NCBI GenBank assembly: GCA_963728915.1
Contig: CAVSLV010000004.1
Span: 256,001 to 320,000, forward strand
DNA length: 64,000 bases
DNA from: an uncultured Gemmatimonadales bacterium
GTDB taxonomy: Bacteria > Gemmatimonadota > Gemmatimonadetes > Gemmatimonadales > GWC2-71-9
Direction: 5' to 3'
A program made the position numbers and the translations under genes. Numbering within the stretch: the stretch's first letter is position 1; each line of letters starts with the position of its first letter. The notes beneath the pieces are model-generated. The model saw only the letters and a program-made list of their open reading frames with translations. It was not told the DNA's origin and ran no database searches. Of the stretch, positions 41,728 to 51,676 are shown one piece after another.

Positions 41728-43258
41728 GAAGGCCTCGCGCGCCTGGGTGATGGCCGCCCTCGCTCCCCTGATCGCCCTGCTGGTGACCCGGCCCTGGACC
41801 CGGGCCGCTTTCCCGGTCTGGGACTACGCCGAGCTGCTCCCGATCCTGAGAAAGGCGGACGGGTTCTGGCAAGCCCTCGCCGCCCTTGCCGAGTTCAACC
41901 GGGCCGATGGCCGTGCAAACTACCTCGCCTACGCCCAGTTCGCGCTGAGTTGGGAGCTGGCCGGCGACAACCCGGTCCTCTGGCAATGGCAGCGCGCCGC
42001 CGTCATGCTGGTCGCCGCGCTGCTGCTGGTAGCGGTGGCACGGCGGTTCGGCGCCAGCCCACTCGCCGCCGGCCTCGGCGCCCTGCTCTTCACACTCTCG
42101 GTGCCCGGAACCGAGGGCTGGCTCTTCCTCATGGGGGAGCCGCTCGCCGTGCTGCTGCTGCTGCTTCTGCTGCTGGCCTGCGCGGGTTATCGCTCGGCGG
42201 AGCGCTGGCGGCTCCGCGGCCTGTTGATCGCGGGGCTCGTGCTCGGGGTCATGCTCACCAAGGAGGTGCTCGGCGTCCTGCTTCCCGTCACCCTGCTGCT
42301 CGGGTTCTGCCTGGCGCCGGGCGAAGGGTTCCGCCGCCCCGTCCTGGGCCCGCGCGAGCGCTGGCTGATCGGGTGCCTCGGCGTCGTGCTCGCCCTGGAA
42401 GTCTGGTCGGTCCGGGCCGCCCTGGGCGACGCGGCTCCCGGCGGCTACGCCTCGGGATTCGCCAGCGGTGGGCTCGAGCTGGGACGCGTCGGGACGCTAT
42501 TCCAGGCGATGCTCTTGCCCGCCCGCTTCGTCACAGCCGGGATCGGGACGCTCCTCTATCCCGCCAACCTGGCCTTCCTACTCGTGCTGCTGCTGGGTGC
42601 AGCACGGCCGACCGAGGGCCAGCGGCCGGCGGGCTGGGGGTGGTGGGTGGCCGGGCTGCTGGCCTACCCGCTGATCGGCGCGCTTACCTATGGGCTGTGG
42701 CCCCGCTACTCGGCGTTCTACGGGATTCCGTTCTTTGCTGGCGCGGTCGGGCTGTTCATCCTGGCGGGCACCGGGCTGGAGCGCTCACACCGGATTGGCC
42801 GCTGGCTGCTGCTCGGGCTCGGCGCGGCGGCGATCCTCACCGGCGGCGTGGTTGCCGAGCGGGTGATCGCGGAGAAGCGTGCGCTCTCCGACCTCGCGGT
42901 GCGGGTGGTGCGGAGCTTTCCCGAGCGGCCCCGGCTTGACACCCTGCTCGTTGTGGCACCGCCGGGAGGCCGCCGCTGGCCGGTTACTGCTCTCGAATTG
43001 GCGCGCTACGCCGTCGCCATCGGAGTGCCGGGCACCGCGCTGCCCAGAATAACCCGCGATGCGCCCTGCGCTGAGGTCGCCGGCCGGCTGGCTCTCCCGC
43101 TTGGCAGGACCGGGGTGCTCAACGACCAGAACCCCTGTGGCCGCCTGCCGGCCCGGACCGCGGTCTGGGAAGCGGAAGTCCGCTACCGCGACTGGCTCAC
43201 GCTCGGGGGCCGGCGCGATACCGTCCGACTGGAGCTGCTCGCGCCGGCCTGGCGCTAG
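41726..43258 (+). CDS. Polytopic membrane protein, probable GT-C superfamily
   Basis: About 11 TM; WD acidic motif after TM1, LTKE, PRY; no close family recognised. Confidence 0.55.
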   Translation: MKASRAWVMAALAPLIALLVTRPWTRAAFPVWDYAELLPILRKADGFWQALAALAEFNRADGRANYLAYAQFALSWELAGDNPVLWQWQRAAVMLVAALLLVAVARRFGASPLAAGLGALLFTLSVPGTEGWLFLMGEPLAVLLLLLLLLACAGYRSAERWRLRGLLIAGLVLGVMLTKEVLGVLLPVTLLLGFCLAPGEGFRRPVLGPRERWLIGCLGVVLALEVWSVRAALGDAAPGGYASGFASGGLELGRVGTLFQAMLLPARFVTAGIGTLLYPANLAFLLVLLLGAARPTEGQRPAGWGWWVAGLLAYPLIGALTYGLWPRYSAFYGIPFFAGAVGLFILAGTGLERSHRIGRWLLLGLGAAAILTGGVVAERVIAEKRALSDLAVRVVRSFPERPRLDTLLVVAPPGGRRWPVTALELARYAVAIGVPGTALPRITRDAPCAEVAGRLALPLGRTGVLNDQNPCGRLPARTAVWEAEVRYRDWLTLGGRRDTVRLELLAPAWR

Positions 43259-43980
43259 CGGGGGTCGGCGAGCTCAGCGCAGCGCGAAAGATCGGGGTCC
43301 CGCGCGATATAGAACTGATACAGCGACAATCCGCGGCTGAAGCCAAATACCTTGCCCCGCAGGTTCCGGAAGGCGTAGCCCAGGACCGCGCGAACCTCAG
43401 CGGCGGTATTCAAGTGCTCGTGGCGCATCAGCACCCCGTAGTCCAACCCGTAGCGCAGCCGGTACTCGATCCCGGTCGTGAGGCGCCAGCCAAGGCCCCA
43501 GAGCAGAGTGCCCTCGCTCGGGATGGCGACGCGCAGCGTGCCGCCGGAGGCAAGCAGTAGTCCGGCGCGGCCGATGACCTCGGGCAGGTCGGGGAGGTGC
43601 TCGAAAGTGGCGATGGAGGTGATCCGCGAGTAGCGCAGGTCCCCAGGCACTGCTCGGATGTCGCGGTACACGTCACGGACCCGGGCTAGCAGCATGGACC
43701 CCTCGAAGAGCTCCAGGAACGGCTCCACGATGTCGTAGGGGCTCGCTTTGGGCTCGTAGCCGAGCTGGTTGAGCGTGCCCGCACCAATCTCGAGCGTCGC
43801 TCCTGCGGCTCCCTCGGCCACGTCGGCTGCGACCTGGCGGTGCATCCAGCGCTCGAGTCGGCTGGAGAGCGAGGTCGCCGGGGTCCGGCCCTCGCGGTTC
43901 AGGCGGTACTGACCGGCATAGATCTCCGCGTGCCGTGGGGAGAGCGACGGTCGCTGCTTGGGAAACTGCGGAAAGCTCAT
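43255..43980 (-). CDS. Class I SAM-dependent methyltransferase
   Basis: LEIGAG motif I, ATFEHL, IPSEG; GGAG SD before MSFPQF. Confidence 0.8.
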   Translation of the reverse strand: MSFPQFPKQRPSLSPRHAEIYAGQYRLNREGRTPATSLSSRLERWMHRQVAADVAEGAAGATLEIGAGTLNQLGYEPKASPYDIVEPFLELFEGSMLLARVRDVYRDIRAVPGDLRYSRITSIATFEHLPDLPEVIGRAGLLLASGGTLRVAIPSEGTLLWGLGWRLTTGIEYRLRYGLDYGVLMRHEHLNTAAEVRAVLGYAFRNLRGKVFGFSRGLSLYQFYIARDPDLSRCAELADPR

Positions 43981-44028
43981 CGCTCCGGCCCGGGCCGCTG
44001 AAGGTTTGGATAATCCCGCTGTCCCAGC

Positions 44029-44205
44029 ATCGGCCGTGGCGCCGACCTGGTGCTGTACCTCTTCGTGGTATTCAGTCTCTTTCACTTCGCCACGACTGCG
44101 GCCCGGCTTCGCAGGATGCAGCACGACATCGCCGAGCTTTCCCGGAGCCTGGCGCTCCGCGCTCCCGAGGGTCCCGTTGCGGCCGGGGACTCGTCCAGGA
44201 CCTGA
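44029..44205 (+). pseudogene. C-terminal remnant of a DUF2304-family protein
   Basis: Translates IGRGADLVLYLFVVFSLFHFATTAARLRRMQHDIAELSRSLALRAPEG..*; in-frame TAA at 44011 and no start codon; not in ORF track. Confidence 0.7.
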
Positions 44206-44223
44206 CGATCGCCAGATACCGCC

Positions 44224-45822
44224 TCATCGAGCTGCGGGGGCGAAGCGCTTCAGGGTTCCCAGGAACTCCGTCTGTCCTGCATCCACCGCCCGCCGGGCGA
44301 TGCCGATCGCCCGGGCGGTATCGCCCACGGCCAGCGCACACTCGATGGTTCTGGCGCGCAGGACCGTCGCAGCGGGGTGGCGCAGCACGCCTTCCTCGAG
44401 GATCGGCAGCGCCTCACCACAGCGATGCTGGATTCGGTACAGTTGGCCAAGCCCTTCGAATACCGCAGGATCCCCACGATACAGCGCCAGGCGCGGCGGT
44501 ACGCTCCCTCGGCCTCTCCGTACCGCTTCTGGCCGGCGTAGTAGGTCGCACTGACGAGGTGGGCCCGATAGGCGCCCTGGAGCGTCCTGCTGCAGGCGGA
44601 GCGAAGAAGGTCTCCTGATCCTTCCACACCCGCGGCCCGGGTGACACTGCGCCAAGCCCCGAGCGCCAGCAGCATGAGCCCGGCGCCCGCCGCGGCAATC
44701 CGGAGCCCCGACCCCGCCTGCCACGGCTGGAACACGGTGGCCCAGGTCCATCCCACGATCAGGGCAAAGCCGACGCTGGGGAGGAAGAGGGTCCGTTCCG
44801 CAAGCAGAATCCCGGTTGCCACCGGCACATTGCTGACCGGAGCAAGGCTGATCACGATCCAGGCGAGGCCGAGCCCGAGGACCGGGGCCCCCCGCGCGCG
44901 ACCGCCAAAGGATTCCCCCGATCGCGAGCACCAGGACCAGGCCGAGCAGGTGACCGGCCGTCAGGGTCGGGGTGACCGGCAGCTCGGGTGGACCGTAGTG
45001 GGCCTGGAGATGGGCGGGCCAGACCAGGAGTCGGACCCAGGCAGGTACCACCGCGAGCATCGCGATCGCCCGCGCGGGCAAGCCTAACCCGCGAAGCGGG
45101 ACCTGAGGAATCTCCCCCGCGAGGCCGCCGAACAGGATCACCCGGACCAGGAGCGCCGCCACCGCCACGCCGCCCAGGAGGAAGAGGAGCGGAGCGGTCC
45201 GCCGCAGCTCCTGCCGGGGAGAACGCCCGTCGACGGGCAGGAACCCGGCCAGCGGCCGCGAGAAGGAGCGGCAGGACGTAGCCGGTCTCCTTGGCCGCGA
45301 TGGCCAGCCCATAACACGCCGCGATCAGCCCCCGCCGGCCGATGGAAAGCCCTCCCGGTGCCGACCGCCAGGCCAGGTACCGATCCAGGCCCAGACAGCA
45401 CCAGGAGGGTCGCCAGCAGCTCGCTCTGACCCACCCCGTTGGCGACCGCCTCCACGTGCACCGGATGAACCGCGAAGACCAGTCCCGCGGCGAGCGCTCC
45501 CGCTTCCGGGAGAAAGCGACGCGCCAGCCGCACCACCAGGACGGTGACCAGGACATAGAGCAGGGCGTTCATGGCGTGAAACGGCAGCGCCGCGCCCTTT
45601 CCGATCGCCCATTCGAAGGCGAACAGCTGAATCGTGAGGGGGCGATAGAGCAGGCCGAGCGACCAGTACGGGGAGGTCCAGATCCGCAGCAGGGTGTCCC
45701 AGGGAATGCACCAGCGGGTTTTCGACGATCGCAGGCAGGTCGTCGTACACCATGCCGTTACCGAGCGCGGCGAGTCCGATCAGGAGCGCGACCGCCGCCG
45801 GCCAGACGGTCTCCCGCTTCAT
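44224..45822 (-). CDS. TMTC-like (DUF1736 + TPR) GT-C protein glycosyltransferase, multiple frameshifts
   Basis: NGMVYDD, LYRPL, AVHPVHVEAVA..VGQSEL, AKE, LAERTLFLPS, C-terminal TPRs, spread over several frames. Confidence 0.75.
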
Positions 45823-45832
45823 CGAAGCGCCG

Positions 45833-47568
45833 TCACTGCTTTGTGCTGGACGAGGTGGAGGGGGGCGCGCCATCTCCGGTGTGGCTGGTGATCGAATCGA
45901 GCAGGGCAATGCGGACGGTTCGGGGAGGAGCCCCGACGCGCAACGCCGAGTCGGCGGTTGCCTTGATCAGGCGCCAGCGGTCCGCCTGGTAGTCATAGGA
46001 GACGCCGATGAGCGCGGCGCTGCGCGCCTCCCGGTACTTGCCGAGATCGAGCAGGCAAGCCACCATGGCCGCACGCCAGCCGATGAAGTTGGGATGCTGG
46101 GCGAGCCCTTCCCGATAGAGGGGCAGCGCGGGATAGCAGAATCCCTTGAGCCGAAGCCGGTTCGCGTAGTCCACCATGACCTGGGTGAGCTTCGGAGGAC
46201 TCAGGCTGATGGCGAGCCGGTATTCCCGTTCCGCCCGCCCTTCGAGATCCGCTCCCCAGTACATCTCCGCGAGCGCGTGGTGGGCGCGGTAGCTGAGTGG
46301 TGCGTCGCGATTCGCGGTCTCGTACCAGTAGGTGAACTGATCGGCCCACACCGGGTGGCGGATGGTGCTTCGATAGACCCCGGCGATGAGCAGGGCTCCG
46401 GCCAGCGCGGCCAATGCGACCTTCGCCCGGTAGGTCGCTTTCGGCCGGATGAGTTCGGCGGCTCCCCCGATCGCGAGCATCAGCCCGACACTGGGGAGAA
46501 ACAGGGTGCGTTCGGCCAGCACGATCCCGGTCGGCACCAGGACGTTGTGTACCGGAAAGATCGCGATGGCGCCCCACACCAGACCGAAGGCCATCATCGG
46601 AGCGCGCCGCCAGCTCCAGATCGTCAGCACCGCCACGAGGAGCAGGAGCTCCAATCCGAACGTCTGCGCGGAGGTCCAGTGGGTCTGCCCGACGATCTCG
46701 CCCGGGCTGTAGTCCCCCTGGAGGTGGGCCGGCCAGAGCAGCAATCGAAACCAATGGGGAACCACGCTCAGCATGGTGACCGCCCGTTGACCCATCGTGA
46801 GATTGGCCAGGGCTTCCGCGGTAAACGAGCCGACCAGATCTCCGTGGAGAACGAGGGTTCTGACCCCGTAGAAGGAAACCCCCACCAGGGCGAGCAGGAG
46901 AAAGAGCCGTCGGATCTATCGGGATCCGCCGCGACCAGGAGTCCGGGGAGCGGACCAGCAGCAGCTCCGCCGCCACCAGGAATACCCGGCAGCATCAACG
47001 CGTTTTCCTTGAAGAAACACGCCACCAGGTAAAAGCCACCGATGGCGAGCTCGGTGCGTCCCTGAAGTACGCCGCCGGAGCGACGGGCCTTGAGGTACGC
47101 CGCCGCGGCCAGGCAGCTGAACAGGGCGACCCACAGCTCGCCCTGGTTGACCGCCATGGCGACGGCTTCCACGTGGACCGGGTGGACCGCGAACAGGGAC
47201 GCCGCTACGAATGCTGGGGGGAAGGAGAGCTGGAGTCGCGCAAGTCGCAGGACTTGGGTGCATACCACGGCATACAGCCCGTAGCTGAACAGCCGGAACA
47301 CCAGGGGAGATCCGCCCCCGACCACCCATTGGACCGCATAGGAAAGGAGGGCGAGCGGGCGATACAGGTCCGGTACGAACGGAGGAGGCCAGTAAGGTTT
47401 GGTGAACAACTGCCACCCATGCAGGAGGTCGTGCACCGGGGCGTTCTTCAAGATGATGGCGAAATCATCCTGCGCGAACTGATTGCCAATGCCGGAGATG
47501 GACGCGGCCAGGGCGAGAAGGACCACCCCGACAACGGGAAGCCAGGACGGGTAGCGGCGGGAAGTCAC
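45833..47568 (-). CDS. TMTC-like (DUF1736 + TPR) GT-C protein glycosyltransferase, frameshifts ~46980 and ~46920
   Basis: NQFAQDD, LYRPL, AVHPVHVEAVA, FKENA, WP.HL..DY, LAERTLFLPS, R...W, TPRs; GTG start after AAGGA. Confidence 0.8.
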
Positions 47569-47717
47569 GGCTGATCCTTGCGCGTCATATCGAGTAAGGA
47601 GTCCCGGGAGCCTGCTTGCAAACTCCAAGGCAGCGTTCCGTTGCGGCTGTCCCGCATTGTCCTGGTACACCCGAGGATCTCCTTGAATGGTAACGGGTTA
47701 GCGGCCGGGTAAGGGGG

Positions 47718-47733
47718 TGGCACCATCGTTGCT
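47718..47733 (+). promoter_or_regulatory. Sigma54 promoter of the major pilin gene
   Basis: TGGCACCATCGTTGCT, near-consensus TGGCAC-N5-TTGCW, 65 nt upstream of the pilin ATG. Confidence 0.85.
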
Positions 47734-47797
47734 CTTCATCTCCGCGGATCGAATGATCCGCTGCGTACACTATTTCCAACTTTGGAGGGCAGGAACC

Positions 47798-48181
47798 ATG
47801 CTGAACCGGAAGGGTTTCACACTCATCGAGCTGTTGATCGTGGTCGTGATCATCGGCATTCTGGCCGCAATCGCTATCCCGAAGTTCGCCGCCACCAAGG
47901 ACAAGGCCAAGCTGGCCTCGGTGAAGACGGACCTGCGGAACATGATGACGTCCGAAGAGGCCTATTTCTCGGACTTCGCCGCGTACGGGACTTACGCCGA
48001 CCTCCAGGCCAAGACCAACGCGTCGCTCTCCAGCGGCAACACGATCGCGATCACGACCAACGCGAGTGGGTATACCGCGACGGTGAGCAACAGCTCGATC
48101 ACGACCGGCTTCACCAAGTGCCAGGTCCAGAACGGCGCCGGCGCCACGTCAGGCGTTGACGGCGCCATCGTCTGCTCGTAA
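47798..48181 (+). CDS. pilA: Type IVa major pilin (copy 1)
   Basis: MLNRKG|FTLIELLIVVVIIGILAAIAIPKF; C-terminal Cys pair; 121-aa mature protein. Confidence 0.92.
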   Translation: MLNRKGFTLIELLIVVVIIGILAAIAIPKFAATKDKAKLASVKTDLRNMMTSEEAYFSDFAAYGTYADLQAKTNASLSSGNTIAITTNASGYTATVSNSSITTGFTKCQVQNGAGATSGVDGAIVCS

Positions 48182-48206
48182 GTCGGGCATCGAGTGACGC
48201 AGCGGG

Positions 48207-48228
48207 GGGCCGCGGGATTCCGCGGCCC
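48207..48228 (+). terminator. GC-rich hairpin between the two pilins (no U-tract)
   Basis: gggccgcgg-gatt-ccgcggccc. Confidence 0.5.
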
Positions 48229-48320
48229 ATCGTCCGCCGATGAATCAAGGCTCCGTCGGGGGGCGACGCGAAACGATCGCCCCCCGCGGTGTGTCCGGAA
48301 TGGTCAAGGGAGTCCAGGCA

Positions 48321-48707
48321 ATGCGGATCGGCAAGGCGGGCTTCACCCTGATCGAGCTCTTGATCGTGATCGTGATCATCGGCATTCTGGCCGCGATCGC
48401 GATCCCGAAGTTCGGCTCGACCAAGGACAAGTCACGGCTCGCTTCAGTGCGCAGTGATGTACGGAACATCATGACGGCGGAAGAAGCCTACTTCTTCGAC
48501 AATTCGGCCTACGCCGACCTGACTGCTCTGCAGGCAGCCACCCGGGCGGGTCTGACCCCCGGCAATACCGCGGTCATCTCTCCCGGCACGAACGGCTATA
48601 CCGCGACCGTGAGCAGCGCGGCCATCTCGACCGGCTTCACTCAGTGTTCGGTCCAGATGGGCGGCGGGGCCACGGCGGGCGTCGACGGCGTCATCATCTG
48701 CTCGTGA
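48321..48707 (+). CDS. Type IVa pilin (copy 2, paralog)
   Basis: MRIGKAG|FTLIELL..; colinear with copy 1, 121-aa mature protein. Confidence 0.9.
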   Translation: MRIGKAGFTLIELLIVIVIIGILAAIAIPKFGSTKDKSRLASVRSDVRNIMTAEEAYFFDNSAYADLTALQAATRAGLTPGNTAVISPGTNGYTATVSSAAISTGFTQCSVQMGGGATAGVDGVIICS

Positions 48708-48713
48708 GCTGAC

Positions 48714-50043
48714 ATGAACCTCCTCGTCCTCGGCAAAGAGCAATCAGGCTACGGCGCCCCCGCGCTGGAAGAGGCGGGGTACGAAGTCCGGTTTCGCACC
48801 GACTTCGACGCGGCGCTGATCGAGGCCCAGGCCAGCGCGGTCGAAGGCATCCTCCTGGATCTGGAGGCCGGTGAAGCGGAAACCCTGGATTTCCTGCGGC
48901 GCTACCGCGCCGGCGGCGGCACCGGGCTGGTGCTGGTCTCGGGCGACACGGTGAGCGCCGGGCTTGCACCGGTGGTGCTCCGGGAAGGCGCCGACGGATT
49001 CCTTCGCCAGCCGATCGTCGCGGAGGAGCTGGTGCTGGCCCTCCATCAGGCGGCCGAGCGGGAACGCCTGCGCCAGGAAGTGGCGCGGCTCCGGGTGACG
49101 CTGGGTGCGCGTGGCCTCGAGCCCCTGGTGGTCGCCGAGGATCCCAAGATGCGCGGTCTCCTCGAACAGGCCGCCCGGGCTGCCGCGGACGACGTGGCCG
49201 TCCTGATCACCGGGGAACGCGGCACCGGGAAAGCCCTGCTTGCCCAGGCCATGCACCGGTTCAGCCGCCGCGGCGAGGGCGCCTTCGTCGCCATCGATTG
49301 CCGCAGCGCCCCCGAGCTGGGTGACCCCGAGAGCCTCTGGCGTTCCGCCGATCATGGGACCCTGCTGCTCAACCAGATCGAGGCGCTTTCCCCGACCAGT
49401 CAGATGTTGCTGCTCACCGCGCTGGCGCCTCACCAGAATGGGAATGGCAACGGCAACGGGAATGGCCACGGAAACGGCCACAGCAACGGCGCGAGCCACG
49501 ACGAATCCCCGCCCCGGGCTCCGGACGTGCGGGTTATGGCAACCGCGGGCGGGGCCATCGAGCGGGCCGTGGAGGAAGGGCGGTTCCAGCCGGAATTGCT
49601 GAAACGCCTGACCGGCAGCCGGATCAACCTGCCGGCCCTGCGAGACCGCCCCGAGGACATCCCGGCCCTGGTCGCCCACTTCGCCCAGCAGGTGGCCTCC
49701 CGAACCGGGCGCCCGATCAGCATCACCCCGCAGGCCCTGATCCTGTTGTCCGGCTATCCCTGGCCCGGCAACGTGCGCGAGCTCAAGCAGGTGGTCGAGC
49801 GCGCCGCGACGCTGAGCCCGACCGGCCGGCTGGACCGGACCGATTTCCCGAGTCTCATGGGAGAGGTGGGCGCCGGGGAGCGCCGGAAGCCACGCCTTGA
49901 AGCCCCAGGTCGAAGCCGTCGAGCGGGAAGCCATCCAGCGCGCCCTCGCCACCGCCAAGGGCAATCGCCGCGAAGGTGCCCGGTTGCTCCAGGTCAGCCT
50001 GCGGACGCTCTTCTACAAGATCCGGCGGTACGGAATCACCTGA
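48714..50043 (+). CDS. Degenerate NtrC-family regulator (receiver-AAA+-Fis HTH), frameshift ~49880
   Basis: [30 protein letters not shown] (EREAIQRAL..GNR..ARLL.VS.RTLFYK) in a shifted frame ending TGA 50043. Confidence 0.8.
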
Positions 50044-50110
50044 AGAAATTCGGCCCGGTCCGCGCTGATCGGGTCCCTGCGGTCCACCGTCGACACCCCA
50101 GATTCGGGGC

Positions 50111-50461
50111 ATGTCGAAACCCGGGTTTACCCTCCTCGAAATCCTTCTCGCTCTGACGATCATCTCGCTCGGCGTGGTGGCCCTGGCCGAGTCGTTGACC
50201 CGGCTGGTTCGCTTGGGCGCGGTCGGCCGTCAACGCGGAAGGGTGGCCATGGTCATGGCGTCGCGACTGGATCGGCTGCGGATCGAGGCGCGTCGGGCCG
50301 CCTGTACGGCGCCCCCGAACGGAACCGCGTCGAACCCCGATGGCATACAAGAGTCCTGGAGCGCGACGACGGTGGGGGCCGCCATCCAGGTCGTCATCGT
50401 CGCGCGGGGGTCGGGGTCGGTCAAGCCCGATACCCTGCTGGTTCGATTCCCATGCGTCTGA
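50111..50461 (+). CDS. Minor pilin, PilV-like
   Basis: MSKPG|FTLLEILLAL class III signal. Confidence 0.75.
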   Translation: MSKPGFTLLEILLALTIISLGVVALAESLTRLVRLGAVGRQRGRVAMVMASRLDRLRIEARRAACTAPPNGTASNPDGIQESWSATTVGAAIQVVIVARGSGSVKPDTLLVRFPCV

Positions 50462-51231
50462 GCCGGAATGGGGTTTCCCTGATCGAGCTGCTGGTCGCGA
50501 CTACGGTGGGTGGATTGCTCGCGGTGATGACCGCGATGGTGCTCACCGGTGCTCGCGCCCGGCTGGAAGAGCGGAAGGCCCGGCTTGCAGCCGAGCAGGC
50601 GCTCCGCGCTGTCGCCGCGGCGACTGGCGCCTTCCTCCAGGACGCGGGGGAATCGGGCGCCGATCTCCAGGCCATCGGCCCCGCCGGCTTCACGGTCCGG
50701 GCCATCCGGGGAACCAGCGTGTTATGCGCCACTCTTCCGGGTGGTCTGGTGGCTCGGCGCGGCGAGTGGTGGAGTGCGGTGCGCGAGCCGGTGGCGGGAC
50801 GGGATAGCCTGGCGGTCGGCACCCTGACCGGTGCGGGCTGGATCCTGGATGCCCTCCGCGCCGACCCCTACGCCACCCCCTGTCCGGATGGCGGGGCGGG
50901 GATCGCCCTGCCGGTCGGTCTCGACCCGGCCCAGCTCGCCGCCCTGGGCCCGGGCAGTCCGCTCAGGCTGTTCGAGCCGGTCGAGCTTCGGAGCTACAGC
51001 TCGGCGGGCTCCGACTGGATCGGCCTTCGCCAGATCGCCACCGGTGAAGCGATCCAGCCACTCGCCGGACCCCTCGCCCGTCCCGGGTTGACCCTGGAGT
51101 ATTTCGCCGCCGATGCCAGCGTCGCCAGTCAACCCGTTGCCGTGGTGTCAGTGGGCTTTCGGGTCCGGGTGCTGACGACCGACAACCGCCCGGACAGCCT
51201 GACTGGAACAGTCCTCCTATCGGACCGGTGA
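50452..51231 (+). CDS. Minor pilin, PilW-like
   Basis: MRLSRNG|VSLIELLVA; 259 aa; second in cluster. Confidence 0.72.
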   Translation: MRLSRNGVSLIELLVATTVGGLLAVMTAMVLTGARARLEERKARLAAEQALRAVAAATGAFLQDAGESGADLQAIGPAGFTVRAIRGTSVLCATLPGGLVARRGEWWSAVREPVAGRDSLAVGTLTGAGWILDALRADPYATPCPDGGAGIALPVGLDPAQLAALGPGSPLRLFEPVELRSYSSAGSDWIGLRQIATGEAIQPLAGPLARPGLTLEYFAADASVASQPVAVVSVGFRVRVLTTDNRPDSLTGTVLLSDR

Positions 51232-51235
51232 TCGG

Positions 51236-51676
51236 ATGGGGAGCCGCGGATTTGCCCTGCTGCTCGCGATCGGAACCCTGGTCGGCCTCGCGGGCATCGT
51301 GCTCACCGCGGCGGTCCTCTCACAGAACGAATCGCGGTCGGGGTTGGCGGCCCTCGGAAGCATCGAAGCGAAGGCCGCCGCTCTCACCGCGGCCAGCGAT
51401 GCCCTGGAAGGCTGGAACCAATCCGATACCCCCCAGGTTCCCGGACAGGAACGGCGAATCGTTGCAGTCACCGTCCCGGGGCCTGCCGAGGGCACTGCAA
51501 CATTGCGCTCCCTGGGAGGGCCGATCTACGCGATTCGTGCAAATGGTGTCCGGCGTGATGTCTCCGGGAGGGCAATCGGCTCCGCGGAGTTCGAGGTTCT
51601 GATCCTGCTCGATTCGGCGATTTCCGGTCGGGTCCGACCGCGCGTTTACCCGCGCGGGTGGAGGATTCTGCCCTAA
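51236..51676 (+). CDS. Minor pilin, PilX-like
   Basis: MGSRG|FALLLA, lacking Glu5 as in PilX. Confidence 0.68.
   Translation: MGSRGFALLLAIGTLVGLAGIVLTAAVLSQNESRSGLAALGSIEAKAAALTAASDALEGWNQSDTPQVPGQERRIVAVTVPGPAEGTATLRSLGGPIYAIRANGVRRDVSGRAIGSAEFEVLILLDSAISGRVRPRVYPRGWRILP

Noticed and set aside
47798..48707. Conductive e-pili, suggested by the Geobacter-like pilin N-terminus and nearby cytochrome
   Set aside because: The pilins are full length (121 aa) and lack aromatics at positions 27 and 32; aromatic content is modest
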